A DNA stretch of 64,000 bases, taken from Eledone cirrhosa (lineage: Eukaryota). The position numbers and the translations under genes are program-made. Each line of letters starts with the position of its first letter. The stretch's first letter is position 1. Positions 43,802 to 55,822 of this stretch are shown piece after piece. The stretch spans positions 164,424,001-164,488,000 of the forward strand of contig OZ024743.1 in assembly GCA_964016885.1 (NCBI GenBank). Reading direction: 5' to 3'. The notes below the pieces were generated by a model that was not told where the DNA came from, made no database searches, and saw only the letters and a list, made by a program, of their open reading frames with translations.

Positions 43802-45112
43802 CGAGGGGGATCAAAAAGTTCGCGGAATTTTTCAGAAAATATTCTATTTTTCAAAAAATATGATTTACCATCAATTTATTTTTCTACATAGTTGCTATCC
43901 AGGTGGTTGCTATCCACTTGACAAGGCGATGCTTCCAGCTTCGTAAGCCGTCTCTAAAGAAAGTTGAAGGCCTTGTGCGAAGCCATGTGTTGGCAGTGTT
44001 TTTAGCTTCTTCAACACCACTAAAACAGGTTCCTTTTAGCATTTCTTTGAGTTTTGGAATGAGGAAAAAGTCTGATGGGGCTAAATCTGGACTATAAGGC
44101 GGGTGAGGAAGCACTTCCCATCGAAATTCTCTAAGAACTTCTTTTGCAACCCACGCAGAATGCGCTGGTGCATTGTCATGGTGAAACAAGATCCCACCAT
44201 GAAGTTTCCCTTTTCGTTTCTTGACTAAAGCCTTTCAGCTTCCTTAAAACATTTGCATAGTAAGCTCCTATCACAGTTCTTTGACCTTCAAGATAATCTA
44301 TTAGTATCACCCCATCTGAATCCCAGAAAATGGTGGCCATCACTTTTTGATCCGACTTTTGAGATTTGAACTTGATTGGCCCCGATGACCCACATGGAAG
44401 CCACTGTTTTGACTGCTGTTTGGATTCAGGATTATACTGGTAGATTGAGGTTTCATCTCCGGTGATGATTCTGGTCAGGAAATGCTCTTCATCAACTTCA
44501 ATTTTGATTAATATTGCCCAAGACAGATCACTTCGAAGAATCAGCTGATCAGGGCGCAACGCTTTTGGGACCCATCGCGCTGAAAGCTTGCTTAGTCCCA
44601 AATTATCGTGCAGAATTGAATTTGCCGAACCATATGAAATGTCTAGGGACTTAGCTAACTGATTAACTGTTATTCTTCGATCTTCAATTAAAGTCTGAGC
44701 AGCCTCAACGTTTTGGTCATTTTTTGATGTTCCTAGTCTTCCACTGCGATGGTCGTCTTCAAGGTGGTCTCTCCCTTGTTTGAATCACTGAATCCACTTG
44801 TAGACAGCAGTTTTCTTTGGAGCAGTAGTACCGTAAACTTTAACTAAAACGTCCATAATCTGTGTCCCTTTCCATTTGAGTTTCACCAGAAACTTGATAT
44901 TCGATCTTATCTCAAAATAACTATTTTCCATTGTTCCAAAAAGAGGTTTTTTAAAGAGTGTCAGTACTGTACAATAGTCCACGCATAACTGACTGCAAGT
45001 GACTAATAGCAAGGTAAACACCCAGTGACAATGTTCTGACATGTTTAATATTGTTTTAATCTATTTTTTTCTTACTACGATAAAATTCCGCAAACTTTTT
45101 GATCCCCCCTCG
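43802..45112 (-). mobile_element. Full-length mariner DNA transposon (DD34D, irritans/Hsmar2-like)
   Basis: ~30-bp TIRs CGAGGGGGATCAAAAAGTT(C/T)GCGGAATTTT, TA on both sides, about 1.3 kb. Confidence 0.95.
43876..44931 (-). pseudogene. Mariner transposase pseudogene
   Basis: MENSYFEIRSNIKFLVKL, WVPKAL, TGDET, HHDNAPAH, YSPDLAPSD (34 residues between the last two Asp); stop at 44785, frameshift near 44232, small duplication near 43890-43915. Confidence 0.92.
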
Positions 45113-45458
45113 TATATACAATATCACATGCATATATACATGTGTCCTTGCAAGTAGGTTTCTGTAATGAATTATGTATGCTAGGGTTTCCTAAAACAAA
45201 AAGAATTTCCTGGGAAATCTAAAATAGTTTAAAACACCAGGATCCTAAGAGAGAAATCCTACTCTCCATATATGAGACAATCTATGTAATTGAGAAGTAC
45301 TAAGGCAGTGTGCTTTAATTAGAAATATGTTAATGAAAAGACTATGTATTTCAATTAAGTATGAAAATAATCAAGAATTTGGAGAGATTTAGTAAAATAA
45401 GTTTCATCTTTTATTTTTACAATAAGCTAGGTATTTAGAATTTCATAAAAAGTTTTTC

Positions 45459-45703
45459 TTTGCCCCCTTAAGAGGGGACAGAGTCCTCAAACACCCTTTC
45501 CAGCAGGTCCAGTCTGAAGCAACTGTTACCAGCTGGTCTGGCTGGATCCCTAAGTGAGACCAGCTGAGCTCATGGATGTTATCCAACCATCTTGCTAGGG
45601 GTCTACCCCAGGGTCTCCTGCCAGTAAAATCTGTCCAGCAATTCTTTCCTGAGACATTCTAACCACATACCCATAGTATTGGAGCTGTGATCTCTCAATT
45701 CGG
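45459..45703 (-). mobile_element. Old RTE 3' fragment (related copy at about 49112-49247)
   Basis: Minus strand RIERSQLQYYGYVVRMSQERIA and WLDNIHELSW; shared CTCATGGATGTTATCCAACCAT. Confidence 0.6.
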
Positions 45704-46059
45704 TTCTTACATAAAATTATGATGTAATTCAGTTTAAATATGGATATTCTAAATTGAGAGGTTTTACTATCATAAAATGAGAAGCAATGAACAGGCTGGT
45801 ATCAAATGAGCATGGTTCCTTCTATGAAAGAGAAGATTTCCTCAAGATAAAAACTGGTGGTGTTACGCTTCTATTTCATTCATATATACAGTTGTTTGAC
45901 TCAATGTCTTTTACTACATTAAAAATTGAAGTCTTTAACACTGCAATTGAAGCTCTTTTAATACAGGAGGGGAATTTCAAATGAATAAGAAGTTGGAGGG
46001 AAGGGTAGGGTAAAATAAATAATGAATCTTTAATTTTACAATCATCCTACCAAGGCCTA

Positions 46060-46270
46060 ACTCTCATTCGATGCAGCAGCTACAAGCTGGAAGAAGCCCC
46101 GTAGCAGGTCCTACACCAGATAGCTGGATATCATCAAAGAAGATCTCCAGAGAATCAACCTCACCTTGGAGGATGCAGAGAGGCTGCTATGGGACCACCA
46201 GCAATGGAGAGCACTGGAGGACCTGGTCAGCTCTACACATCATGGTGCCTCTGGGATCACTGACCTAGAA
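46060..46270 (+). mobile_element. Old RTE-type 3' fragment
   Basis: WKKPRSRSYTR*LDIIKEDL..QWRAL, a typical RTE C-terminus. Confidence 0.55.
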
Positions 46271-46876
46271 TGACCCTCAGTGTCATCAAACAAGAAGATG
46301 GGTGTGTAATTTATATTAAATTATCCTTTTGGTATTAAGGCTTAAACCACTTTTTTTTCAGGTGAATACACCAGAGACTTCATCAGATGGCAGTTTCAAT
46401 TTGAATGTGGGTAAAAGATTTTCCAACCTTTCGTTATAATTGAAATGACCCAAGATAAAAAAGATAAGCTCGATTATAAATAACCTTATGCTCACCAATG
46501 AATTGTAATTTACTTCATGAAACTTGTTCATCTGGAAGAATGTAAATAACCAAATCTATGTTCCATCTGAAAGAAAAAAAAATAGTAAAACATGAAATTA
46601 AGAGATAATTTAAGATTTTGATTGACAAGGACAAGATCAATTGGGAGTGGCAGAGTTGACTGAACTAACCTTGGTATATTACTGATACTAATCTATCCCC
46701 AGAGATAGTCAACCATAGCAGAATTTGAGCTTTTGTGGACAGAAGAATCAATTGAAGCTACAATAGTATATTACTGAGCCTACCCCCTAAGGTTGATACT
46801 ATTTAGCCCTGACTGAATCAAAACTTTTCCAGTCATAACTACCTTCTCTTTTTATTTTCAAAATAGTAATTAAATC

Positions 46877-47020
46877 TAGGCAGCAATTTGGCAGATTTGT
46901 TAGAATGTTGGCTAAAATGCTTTGCAGTATATGTTCCGGCTGTCTGTATTGAAAGTTCAAATTCCATTGAGGTCAACTTTGTTTTTCATTCTTTTGGAGT
47001 TGATAAAGTACCAGTCCATA
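46877..47020 (+). mobile_element. SINE of a second family (other copies at about 49905-50125, 53640-53820, 58290-58420, 58455-58520)
   Basis: Recurring B-box-like GAGTTCAAATCC followed by GAGGTCAACTTTG.CTTTCATCC..GGTCAATAAAA..GTACCAGT. Confidence 0.7.
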
Positions 47021-49726
47021 ACTGCATGGATCTATGGCTAAATTATTCAATGTGTTCTTCCTATTTTTAAACTACTAGATTTCTGTTGTTATTTTTAGCA
47101 TGTCAGGTAACTGGCTAATGGTTGAAATTCAGCCATGACTGGTCCTGAACTCAGATTGTGGATAGACATTGGCAGATGCAAAATATTTTAGTCTAGGGCC
47201 AGCATTTCTTTTGTTTCCCAACTTTAAATATATGATAAAAATCTAGAAAATTAACTAAAAGTTTCTTTTATATTTCAAATCCGCATGTGAAGATATGATT
47301 TTAATACCAACTTAGCAAAAGCTGAATTGATTTTTGGGGGCAAACACTTGCCAAAGAGTCAAGAGGACTCTTCAGTTGTATGAAGGACACAACAATCTCC
47401 TAGTGCTGGTGCTACAAGAAAGTGCTTCCAATACATTCTGCAAAGTGCTGAAATGCAGTCATCGCTCCAATTGAGTACTGACTTGGTCTGAGATGACCTA
47501 TCCAACCCCTGTGAGAATGGAAAAGGACCATATGATAATGATAAGCTGCTAGCTACACTTTCAGACACAATCAGAATACGTCAATATGAAGGTATCCTTT
47601 CTGGTATGTGAGGAGGGGTACAATGATAGTAACTTAACAGATAGATTCTGTTCATGCAACACTGCTAACATGCCAAACCCCTTTCACAACACCTAAATAT
47701 ATTAACTCTTAACAGGTTTGTTAATTCAAATATTTAAAGAATTTTTACTAGTGGACAGACTATTGTGAAAATTTGCAGTATGAGAATAAAGACTAGTCTT
47801 TAATGCAATGCAATCAGTGCAGTTTTGTACCTTTCAAGAATGTTTTGCTAATGTTGCTTCATGTGGTACAGGGCATCAAACATTAACTAGACAATGATAG
47901 ACAGTATAATGATTTTAAACTAAATCATTGTGGATTAAATTCCCAGTCTCATGAGTGTGAGGAGCCAATGAGTTATGTCCTTGACATAAATAGTAGTAAT
48001 AAATATTAATTAATATTATTAGTTAGCTCATAAAGGATCAAGTATAGACCCATACTAAAAAAAAAATAAATAAATGATCTAATCTGAAGACAGTAGGAAG
48101 TGAATACCTGTGTGAATACAACCTTCCCTTTCTCTTCATCTCATGTGCATGCGTGCATGTTAGAAAATCTAGAAATGATCATGCAAAGATCTAATTACAA
48201 ACTATGTGCTAATTGCTAATAAATTCTAATCCCACTCTTTATCTCCACTAATTAATAGTTCTTTAGTTATTGATCTAATCTACAACAATCCATTATTTGT
48301 ACTATGTATTTCTTCACTCAGTCTCCTCCTCTTTCCATCTTTCATTTTTGCAGGCATCATTAATAACCAGGAAGTTTATCTTTTGTTACCCTAGGAAACA
48401 ATTACTTTCGTGTCTCCTTGTCTCTTTACCCTGGCTATTATCACACATGATTACTTCCTATACACTAATTCTTTTTCATATATACAATTCTGCTTTAAAA
48501 AAAACAAAATCTTAAAGATTAGGTACTAGCATGGCTGTGTGGTTATGGAGTTCCATTTGTGACTGGTTTCAGGTTCAGTCCCATTGCATGTCACCTTGTA
48601 TCAATGTCTACTATAGCCCTCAATTGAGCAATACCTTTGGAGTAAAATTTGTTAGATGGAAACTGTGGAAGTCCATCATATGCAAGTGTCTGTTTACATT
48701 TGTTTATGTTCCAAAACTGAGCAGTTCAACAAAAAGATTTTGATAAAATAAGTATCAGAGTTGAAAAAGTAAATATAGGGGTCAATATGATTCATTAAAT
48801 ACCTTTGATGTGGTACCCCTAGCATGGCCATAGTCTGATAACGGAAGCAATAAAAAAAATTTCTTTTTGCTTTCTTACAAAGTTTTGGGATACTTTTCGT
48901 CTTTTGGGAAGCGGAATTTTGTTATAATGGATATTTAAGGGAAAGGATGGGCATGTGGAGGCAACCGTGAGACAAAGAGACATAGAAACAAATGACATGC
49001 TTTATATGAGAGTCGATCATAACACTGGATGGCATATGGACAAATTTTAAGATATTGGGAAATGAAAACACTGAAAACTTAAAAAACTGTTTGCATATAC
49101 ACTTCTCATTTTTTGCCCACTTATTCCTGAGAGGGTCATGGGGGAAGAGTTATCAGCCATGTCTTTGAGAGTGTCTTATCAGAAGCAACCAGCTCCAATT
49201 GATCTGACTAATGAGACCAACTGACCTCATGGATGTTATCCAACCATTTCATAAGTTGAATGGGCTGTATAGCATGCATGTTTTCTCTTTCCACCATGTG
49301 CGTAGTTATCTGATATATTTTTAAAAGTGTGGATCATATTGTTGATCCTCCTGTTGATAAGCCATCAAAGGTATGATTCTACCATTTATTTGTGGTGAAA
49401 CATGCTTACTGCATGTCCATGAAATATAGTTGTAAATGAATGGTCTGTACATTTTAATTCTTTTAATTGATATGTATTCTTCATTCAATTCGTAGACAAA
49501 ATGGTTTTCATTCTGGTGGTATTATATCCCCTGTAATAGAACACTTACCTCTGTGTATTTTTCTCTATATACTGTCTTAAGAGCCCAGAATCGATTCCTT
49601 GAGCTCATTAAATTATAGGGGATTAATGTGAGTCTTTAACTCCGTTTTTCATTTGATATCATCATCATCGGTTAACGTCCATCTTCCACGCTAGCATGGG
49701 TTAGACTATATATATGTTGATATATA

Positions 49727-49769
<43 letters not shown>

Positions 49770-51929
49770 TTCAAGAGAAAATACTAAAAGTGTTCTAAAC
49801 ACTTACGTTATCATATTTCAAAATAATTTTGAAAATAATCAAGATTTTGGAAGGATTTAGTAAACTATGGTTCTGATTATCTGTGAACTGACAGTGAACT
49901 GACAGAAGTATTACGGCATTGGATAAAATACTTGGTAGAATTTGTTTAAGCTCTTCACCATTTGAGTTTAAATCCAGCCGAGGTCAACTTTGTCTTTCAT
50001 CCTTTTTAGGTCAATAAAATAGAGTACCAGTCCAGTACTGGGGCTATATAATCAAGGTTTCCACATACCACTCCCTCCACACATACACAAACTAACTGGC
50101 ATTGAGCCTAAATTAGGAATCATTATTAATACAGAGTTTCAAACACAACCAGTCTAACATAAAACTGTGGTGGAAGATTTATAGATAAATAAAACAAATA
50201 GTCAAAGGGGTAAGACATTTAACAAAACATGTCAATATTTACAGACTCAAGGTAAAAGGAAAGTGGTGTAACCAACAAAACAGCAACAGCTTCTTTCAAT
50301 GTTTGTAAACTGTCTTTAATGGCAAGGTATAGGAGTGAACATTAATTAACTCCACAGGCAAATTGCACGCCCAAACCTCACTAACATAAGCATATCTGCA
50401 AGCACAACACATAACCATAAGCTCAACCTCAAGCACACCATATAACCTCAAATACCTGTAGTATCATCTATACAAAACCACAATCATTCTTGGCTGGGCT
50501 ACTGACTACATGATCTGAAAAATATTACCTTAATATGAAAGCCATTGAATTGTGCTCTTGCTCACTCTTAACTGATAAAAAATATGTCTTTCTATAACTT
50601 CAGTTGAGTAGTTAGAGGTACTCACTTGTGAAAATGATTCCCAACAATGGACCCTTCACAACAAGAGTTGGAACACTTTCTATCTGCAAGCCAGATAGCT
50701 ATTTAACCCTTTTTATATCAAGCTGTCTGAAACTGACCCTGTTTCTAGCATACAAAGCTGTTTATTTTTAATGTGTTTATATTTATCTAAAAAAAAACAA
50801 AAAAAAACTTTAATTTATGCTGCAAACACCAGCTTAATAATGTGAAAGTTGTATTATTAAATCCCTCAAAGTTCATTTTTATTTATCCTTAATCTCCACT
50901 ATCTGAAATCCCCCACTAAAAGCCACTTGCTTTAATCTAGCCATTAAAAAGAAAATGTAAACTGAAAATATGAAAAATCTGGATTTTGTGGACTATTTTT
51001 TGAAAAACTCAAAGTTAAAGTGGTTGTTACAGAATAACAACATCTGTTGAGCACCCTATCTTCTCTAGTCATGCAACATGCCTTGGAAATTTGCAGAACA
51101 CTTTAATTCAGTTACCCAAAGGTCTGAGTTTCAGTGTATCAAGGGGGTTAAAAAAAATGGAAAAAAGTGAAAAAGTGTAAAAATGCACAGTTTTTTTTCT
51201 AATTTTTGAACCATGATAACTGCTTATCAAGAAGTTGAAACCATATAAAACTATACATATTCTGAAAGTGCACCTAGAGGTGAGTCTAGAAATATAGACA
51301 AAGTATTTTAAACTGATGTAAGAATCTATTTGCATCTCCTGAAAATGGCTTGAAATGGAAATCCTGCTTTGGGAGGTATTTCAGAGCCCCAAAAGTCTGT
51401 GACAATTTGGAAATCTTTTAAACCTGAAACATATTGGACATTGACCTCTTGACTATAAAAAATCTTTTCATCCAAAGCCCAAGAAGATTAAATGCACTAG
51501 AAATGAGAGAAAAATAACATAAAACAATAAAAAACCAAAAAGTACTAAAAGCTATTCACAAGCATCATGTCTCATCAAACTTTGCACTTCTTTTATTTCA
51601 TCACAAGAAAAATGATAGGATCAACCTGTCCTTTCAGAGGAAGGTGGATCAACTTTCTTTATGATGTTCTCAATTAGAATCCAACAGATATCATCATTAC
51701 TTGGCCAGAAAAATTGCCTTCAGGGCCTTTGGGACGAAAGAATTTCACATTAACATCAGTGTTCCATTGAAACATAATTTGCCATTCCAAAGTTCCAAAC
51801 AGCACTGTAAGACCTGTGTTAGACATCTTCAATTGACATAGAACAAGCATTGTTTTGCAACAGCAAAGAAGAGCAATGCCCAGAAACAAGGCTCATGGTT
51901 ATATTGCTGAGGTATGAAGCAGGAAGACT

Positions 51930-53635
51930 AGCGGTCTCCCTACTCCATACCTTCCATCAATTTTGAGCACTCAGCATCTTTTTATACAGCTGTCATCCAT
52001 CATACATATATGTCCATATCAATGCAATTACCTATCCTGCACGCTGCATCTGATCCCTCTTATGCCCAGTTCATTTATATTATTATTCCAAATCCATCGG
52101 AGTATGCAAGCTTCATTTATTTCTAATCTTCACAGGTCCTCTGCACACAGCACCCAGGCCTCACTACCATGCAACACTGCTCTTTGTATACATGCATTAT
52201 GCAATCGGCCTTTCGTTTTGAGGAAAAAACATTTAGTAGCTAGCAGCGATAGTAGCTCCCTGAACTTCTTCCCTCCCATTCCTTACTCTGGCTACTGTAC
52301 TTTCAGAACACCACCCACCACTGCTAATTTGGTCACCCAGGTCACAGAAGCTGTCTACTGCTTCTACAGAACCTTCCAAGAATTTGATAGTGCTTGTCTC
52401 CTGTGGGCGTTTGCTACTTACTGCAATGACCACATGTAAAACCTACATTCTTAGCTACCCTACCTGAGATCCCACTACATTTCTCGTGTACCCAAAGTAT
52501 GCATTTGGGACAGAGGAGGGTATTTTTACCTACACACTGAGCAAGGATATTTCCACGAGGGGATCTGGACCCAGTTTTCCCTTCTACTTACTAGTACCTT
52601 AGTCTTTGTCAGGTTGACTTAAAGGCTTTGATTCTAGGACATGTTTCCAGATTTTGAATTTGTTCTCTAATTCTGTCATAGATTTAGCTATAAGTGTTAG
52701 ATCATCTGCAAACAGGAGTTCCCATGGGCAGCCAGTCTTAAACTCCTGTCTGAATGATGATAATAAACAGAAGAGGGCTAGGATCAGAGCCCTGGTGGAC
52801 ACCTACCAGCATGCTAAATTCTTCACTTTAGTCATTTCTAACCCTAACTTTGTTGAGTGCTCCTCTACACCTGGCTTGTCCAGCCTTCACAAGCCACTCA
52901 TCTACTCCTAGTTTTCTAAGAGTCTACCAGATTATGACATGGAGGGTGGAGTGGGGTGTCAAAAGTTTTCTCCAGATCAACAAATGCCAAATAGAGCAGC
53001 TTACTCTTAGCTCAGTACTTCTCCAGGGGTTGCTTCAAGGAAGAGGGCATCAGTGGTACTTTTCTATCTATCTATCTATCTAAGGCGGGTAAAATTCCCG
53101 AGATCCATGGACGAGTTCTCTCCAGCGGTCTCTGTCCCTCATCATCGCTGCCATGTCCCGCGTCTCCAACAGACCAGTGTCTGTCCTTAGGGCATCAACA
53201 TACGTTAACCTTGGTCTTCCTCTTCTAGTGTGTCCATGTAGGGGCTCCCACAGGAGCACTGAGTGCAATGTCAACTCTGGATGTCGGTGAGCATGTCCAG
53301 CTAACTACGGAAAATGATGTGGTTGAGAGGAAGAGCAAAGCCTGGGCGGCATGCCAGAGCTTGAGATCGGTGTAGAAGTCGGACCTTCGTAAAGACCTGA
53401 AAATCCGCCTCTTCATTGCTGTAGTGGAGTCTGTGCTGCTGTATGGGTCTGAGACTTGGACACTGACCAAAAGTGGTACTTTTACTTGGCACAAATCCAA
53501 ACTCCATTTCATCTTGGTTGACCTGGTCTCTAATCAGCTGTGCTATAACTCTTTCTGTGACCTTTATGACCTGGTCCATCAACTTGATACCTCTCTAGTT
53601 TTCTCTATCTAGTGCATGTCCTTTACCCTTGTAAG
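51930..53635 (-). mobile_element. Decayed RTE copy (RT, PHD, C-terminus) interrupted by a nested insertion
   Basis: DQVIKVTERVIAQLIR..FGFVPSKSTT continues as DALF across the insertion; FKTGCPWELLFADDL; GGWCSESTVARVR. Confidence 0.85.
53064..53471 (-). mobile_element. Nested RTE/RTEX-type insertion with 5' inversion, (AGAT)n tail and 12-bp TSD
   Basis: Minus 53300->53080 LLWEPLHGHTRRGRPRLTYVD; plus 53301-53471 KAWAACQSL..VESVLLYGSETWTLTK; AGTGGTACTTTT at 53052-53063 and 53472-53483. Confidence 0.88.
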
Positions 53636-54074
53636 CTATGAATTGGCAGAATCATTAGAACATCGGATAAAATGCTTTGCAGTATTCATTCCGGCTATCA
53701 AAGTTGACCTCGGCTGGTGATTTTGAACTCTCCGAGTTCAAAATCACCAGCCGAGGTCAACTTTGACTTTCATCCTTTCAAGGTCAATAAAAAAAGTTCC
53801 ACTCTAGTACTGGGGTCGATTCTTCCTCTATATCTTTTTCTCACTTTCTATCCTTCTCTGGAAGAAATCTGTTGTGTTCAAACCTGGAGAGGGATAGGTT
53901 CCGCCAGGCTCAAAATAGTCTAGAAATGCCATATGCCTCTACGGCGCCCCTACGACTCCATCATGAATTATGGGACCATATATATGTGTGTACATATATA
54001 TATTAAGAATTGAATTTAGTGAGGAATGCAAGGTACAGATAGTTCATCAGGGTTTTGTTCTTAGCCCACTGCTA

Positions 54075-55050
54075 TTCATATTTCTCCAGGCCATAACAGA
54101 GGAGTTTAAGACTGTCTGTCCATAGGAACCTCTCTATGCATATGATCTGGTCCTTATAGCTGAAAAGCTGAGAAAATACTATGGAAACAGAATTTGGAAT
54201 CAAAAGGGCTGAGAGTAAATTTAGCCAAAACAAACTGTTAGTAAGTAGGAAAGAAAATAGGACCCCAATTCCTTCAGGGAAGTGGCATTGCTCGATATAT
54301 ATAGAAAACTCTATATGATCTACACAATGTAAATCTTGGGTACACAAGAGATTGTGTGAGATAACAAGCAGACTAACAGGAAGGGAAGACTTTGTATGTA
54401 GAAGATGCACATGAGTAATCAAGGAGAAGAGCATCAGTGGTATAAATCGTTTCCCATCACATGAAGGATCCATGGAAGTGGTTAATAGCTTCTGCTACCT
54501 AGGTGACCTAATTAGCAGCAGAAGGTGCTCCAAGAGCATAATAACTACAATAAGGTTAGCATGGAAGAAGTTTAGAGAACTACTCCTATTGTTGACAAAA
54601 AAGCTTTTCTCTACATTCAAAAGGATAGCTGTATGGTGCTTGTGTATGAAGTGTGATGCTGCATAGTAGTGAATCATGGGCTGTGACTGCAGAGGACATG
54701 AAGCAGCCATGCTTTATTGATGTGAGAGAAAAGTAAAACTTGGATGAACTAAGGGAGAAACTGGGTTTAAGAGAAATCTGAAGTGGTGTGCAAGAGAGAA
54801 AACTGTTGGTATTGGCATGTGATGTGCATTGATGATGATCAGTGGGTGAAGTAATGCCAGGAAATCCCAGTAGAAAGAAGCCACAGTTAGAGGTAAACCA
54901 TGAAAGACTTGAATAGGGGTAGTGAGAACTGATCTAAAATCGCTGAGACTCACAGGAGATAATAAAGGAATGTGGCTAGTGGAGAGCTGTGTGCTGAAAA
55001 GGACCTGTCCAACCCATGCGAGCATGGAATAATAGAGGTAAAAACAATGA
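54075..55050 (+). mobile_element. Highly decayed RTE 3' half
   Basis: LQAITEEFKT, EVVNSFCYLGD, AWKKFRELL, 3' stem-loop CCCATGCGAGCATGG. Confidence 0.8.
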
Positions 55051-55309
55051 TGTGTGTGTGTATAAAAGTAAACAGAAATTAAAAAAAAAACAAATGGCAC
55101 TGTACAATGAAAAAATATGACTTTAATGCTTGAAATAATAAGACAAGAGCCTTAACGTCTTGGTAAGAGTGAAGCAGTAGATGTGTATTGTGAGGTGACT
55201 GGAAATGTGTGAGTGAGCAAAGATGAAGGGAGGTAATAGGAACTGTGGTGGGAATCGAGTCCATTCATAAAAAGTTCCAGTGCAAAATTTATATATATAG
55301 AGAGAGAGA

Positions 55310-55652
55310 TGCCAGGAGGCAGGACAGGTTAAATACCTTCACCTCTTCATATTCTGGCTGGTGTCTGAATAAGATTAAATGATGGGTGGTAGTGACTCGC
55401 TCAACAAGCAATACAACCCTTACCCACATAACAAACTAACACGGGCATGCATCACCTTTGAGTCAAAAATAAATACATTTTTTCTTTGTATTTTTCTTCT
55501 CTGCCTTTCTGCCTTAAAGCCTTTTGGTATATAACTACTATGTAATATACACCTGATGTCACCAGGTTCATAGGTAACCTGGTGACTGAAATGTACATAG
55601 TGTTTGCAGAAATAAAAATCTGAAGGAATTTAACCTGTCCGGCCTCCTGTCA
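55310..55652. mobile_element. MITE-like element with ~32-bp inverted termini
   Basis: TGCCAGGAGGCAGGACAGGTTAAATACCTTCA versus TGAAGGAATTTAACCTGTCCGGCCTCCTGTCA (3 mismatches); no TSD identified. Confidence 0.5.
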
Positions 55653-55822
55653 TTTTACTTTCTAATATTTAACTCCGTTTCTGCACCACCAACAGGGATT
55701 CAACATCAAAGATGGATGAGTTGCATAACGCTGAGTGTTTTCCTACTATTACATGATTAAACATTGCAGAATGACCAATTCTACCCAAACTTAAATGAAA
55801 ATATATATATATATATATATAT

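Noticed and set aside
50703-51150. piggyBac-like element bounded by TTAACCC..GGGTTAA
   Set aside because: Similarity beyond the first ~10 bp is weak, and the two ends may belong to different repeats.
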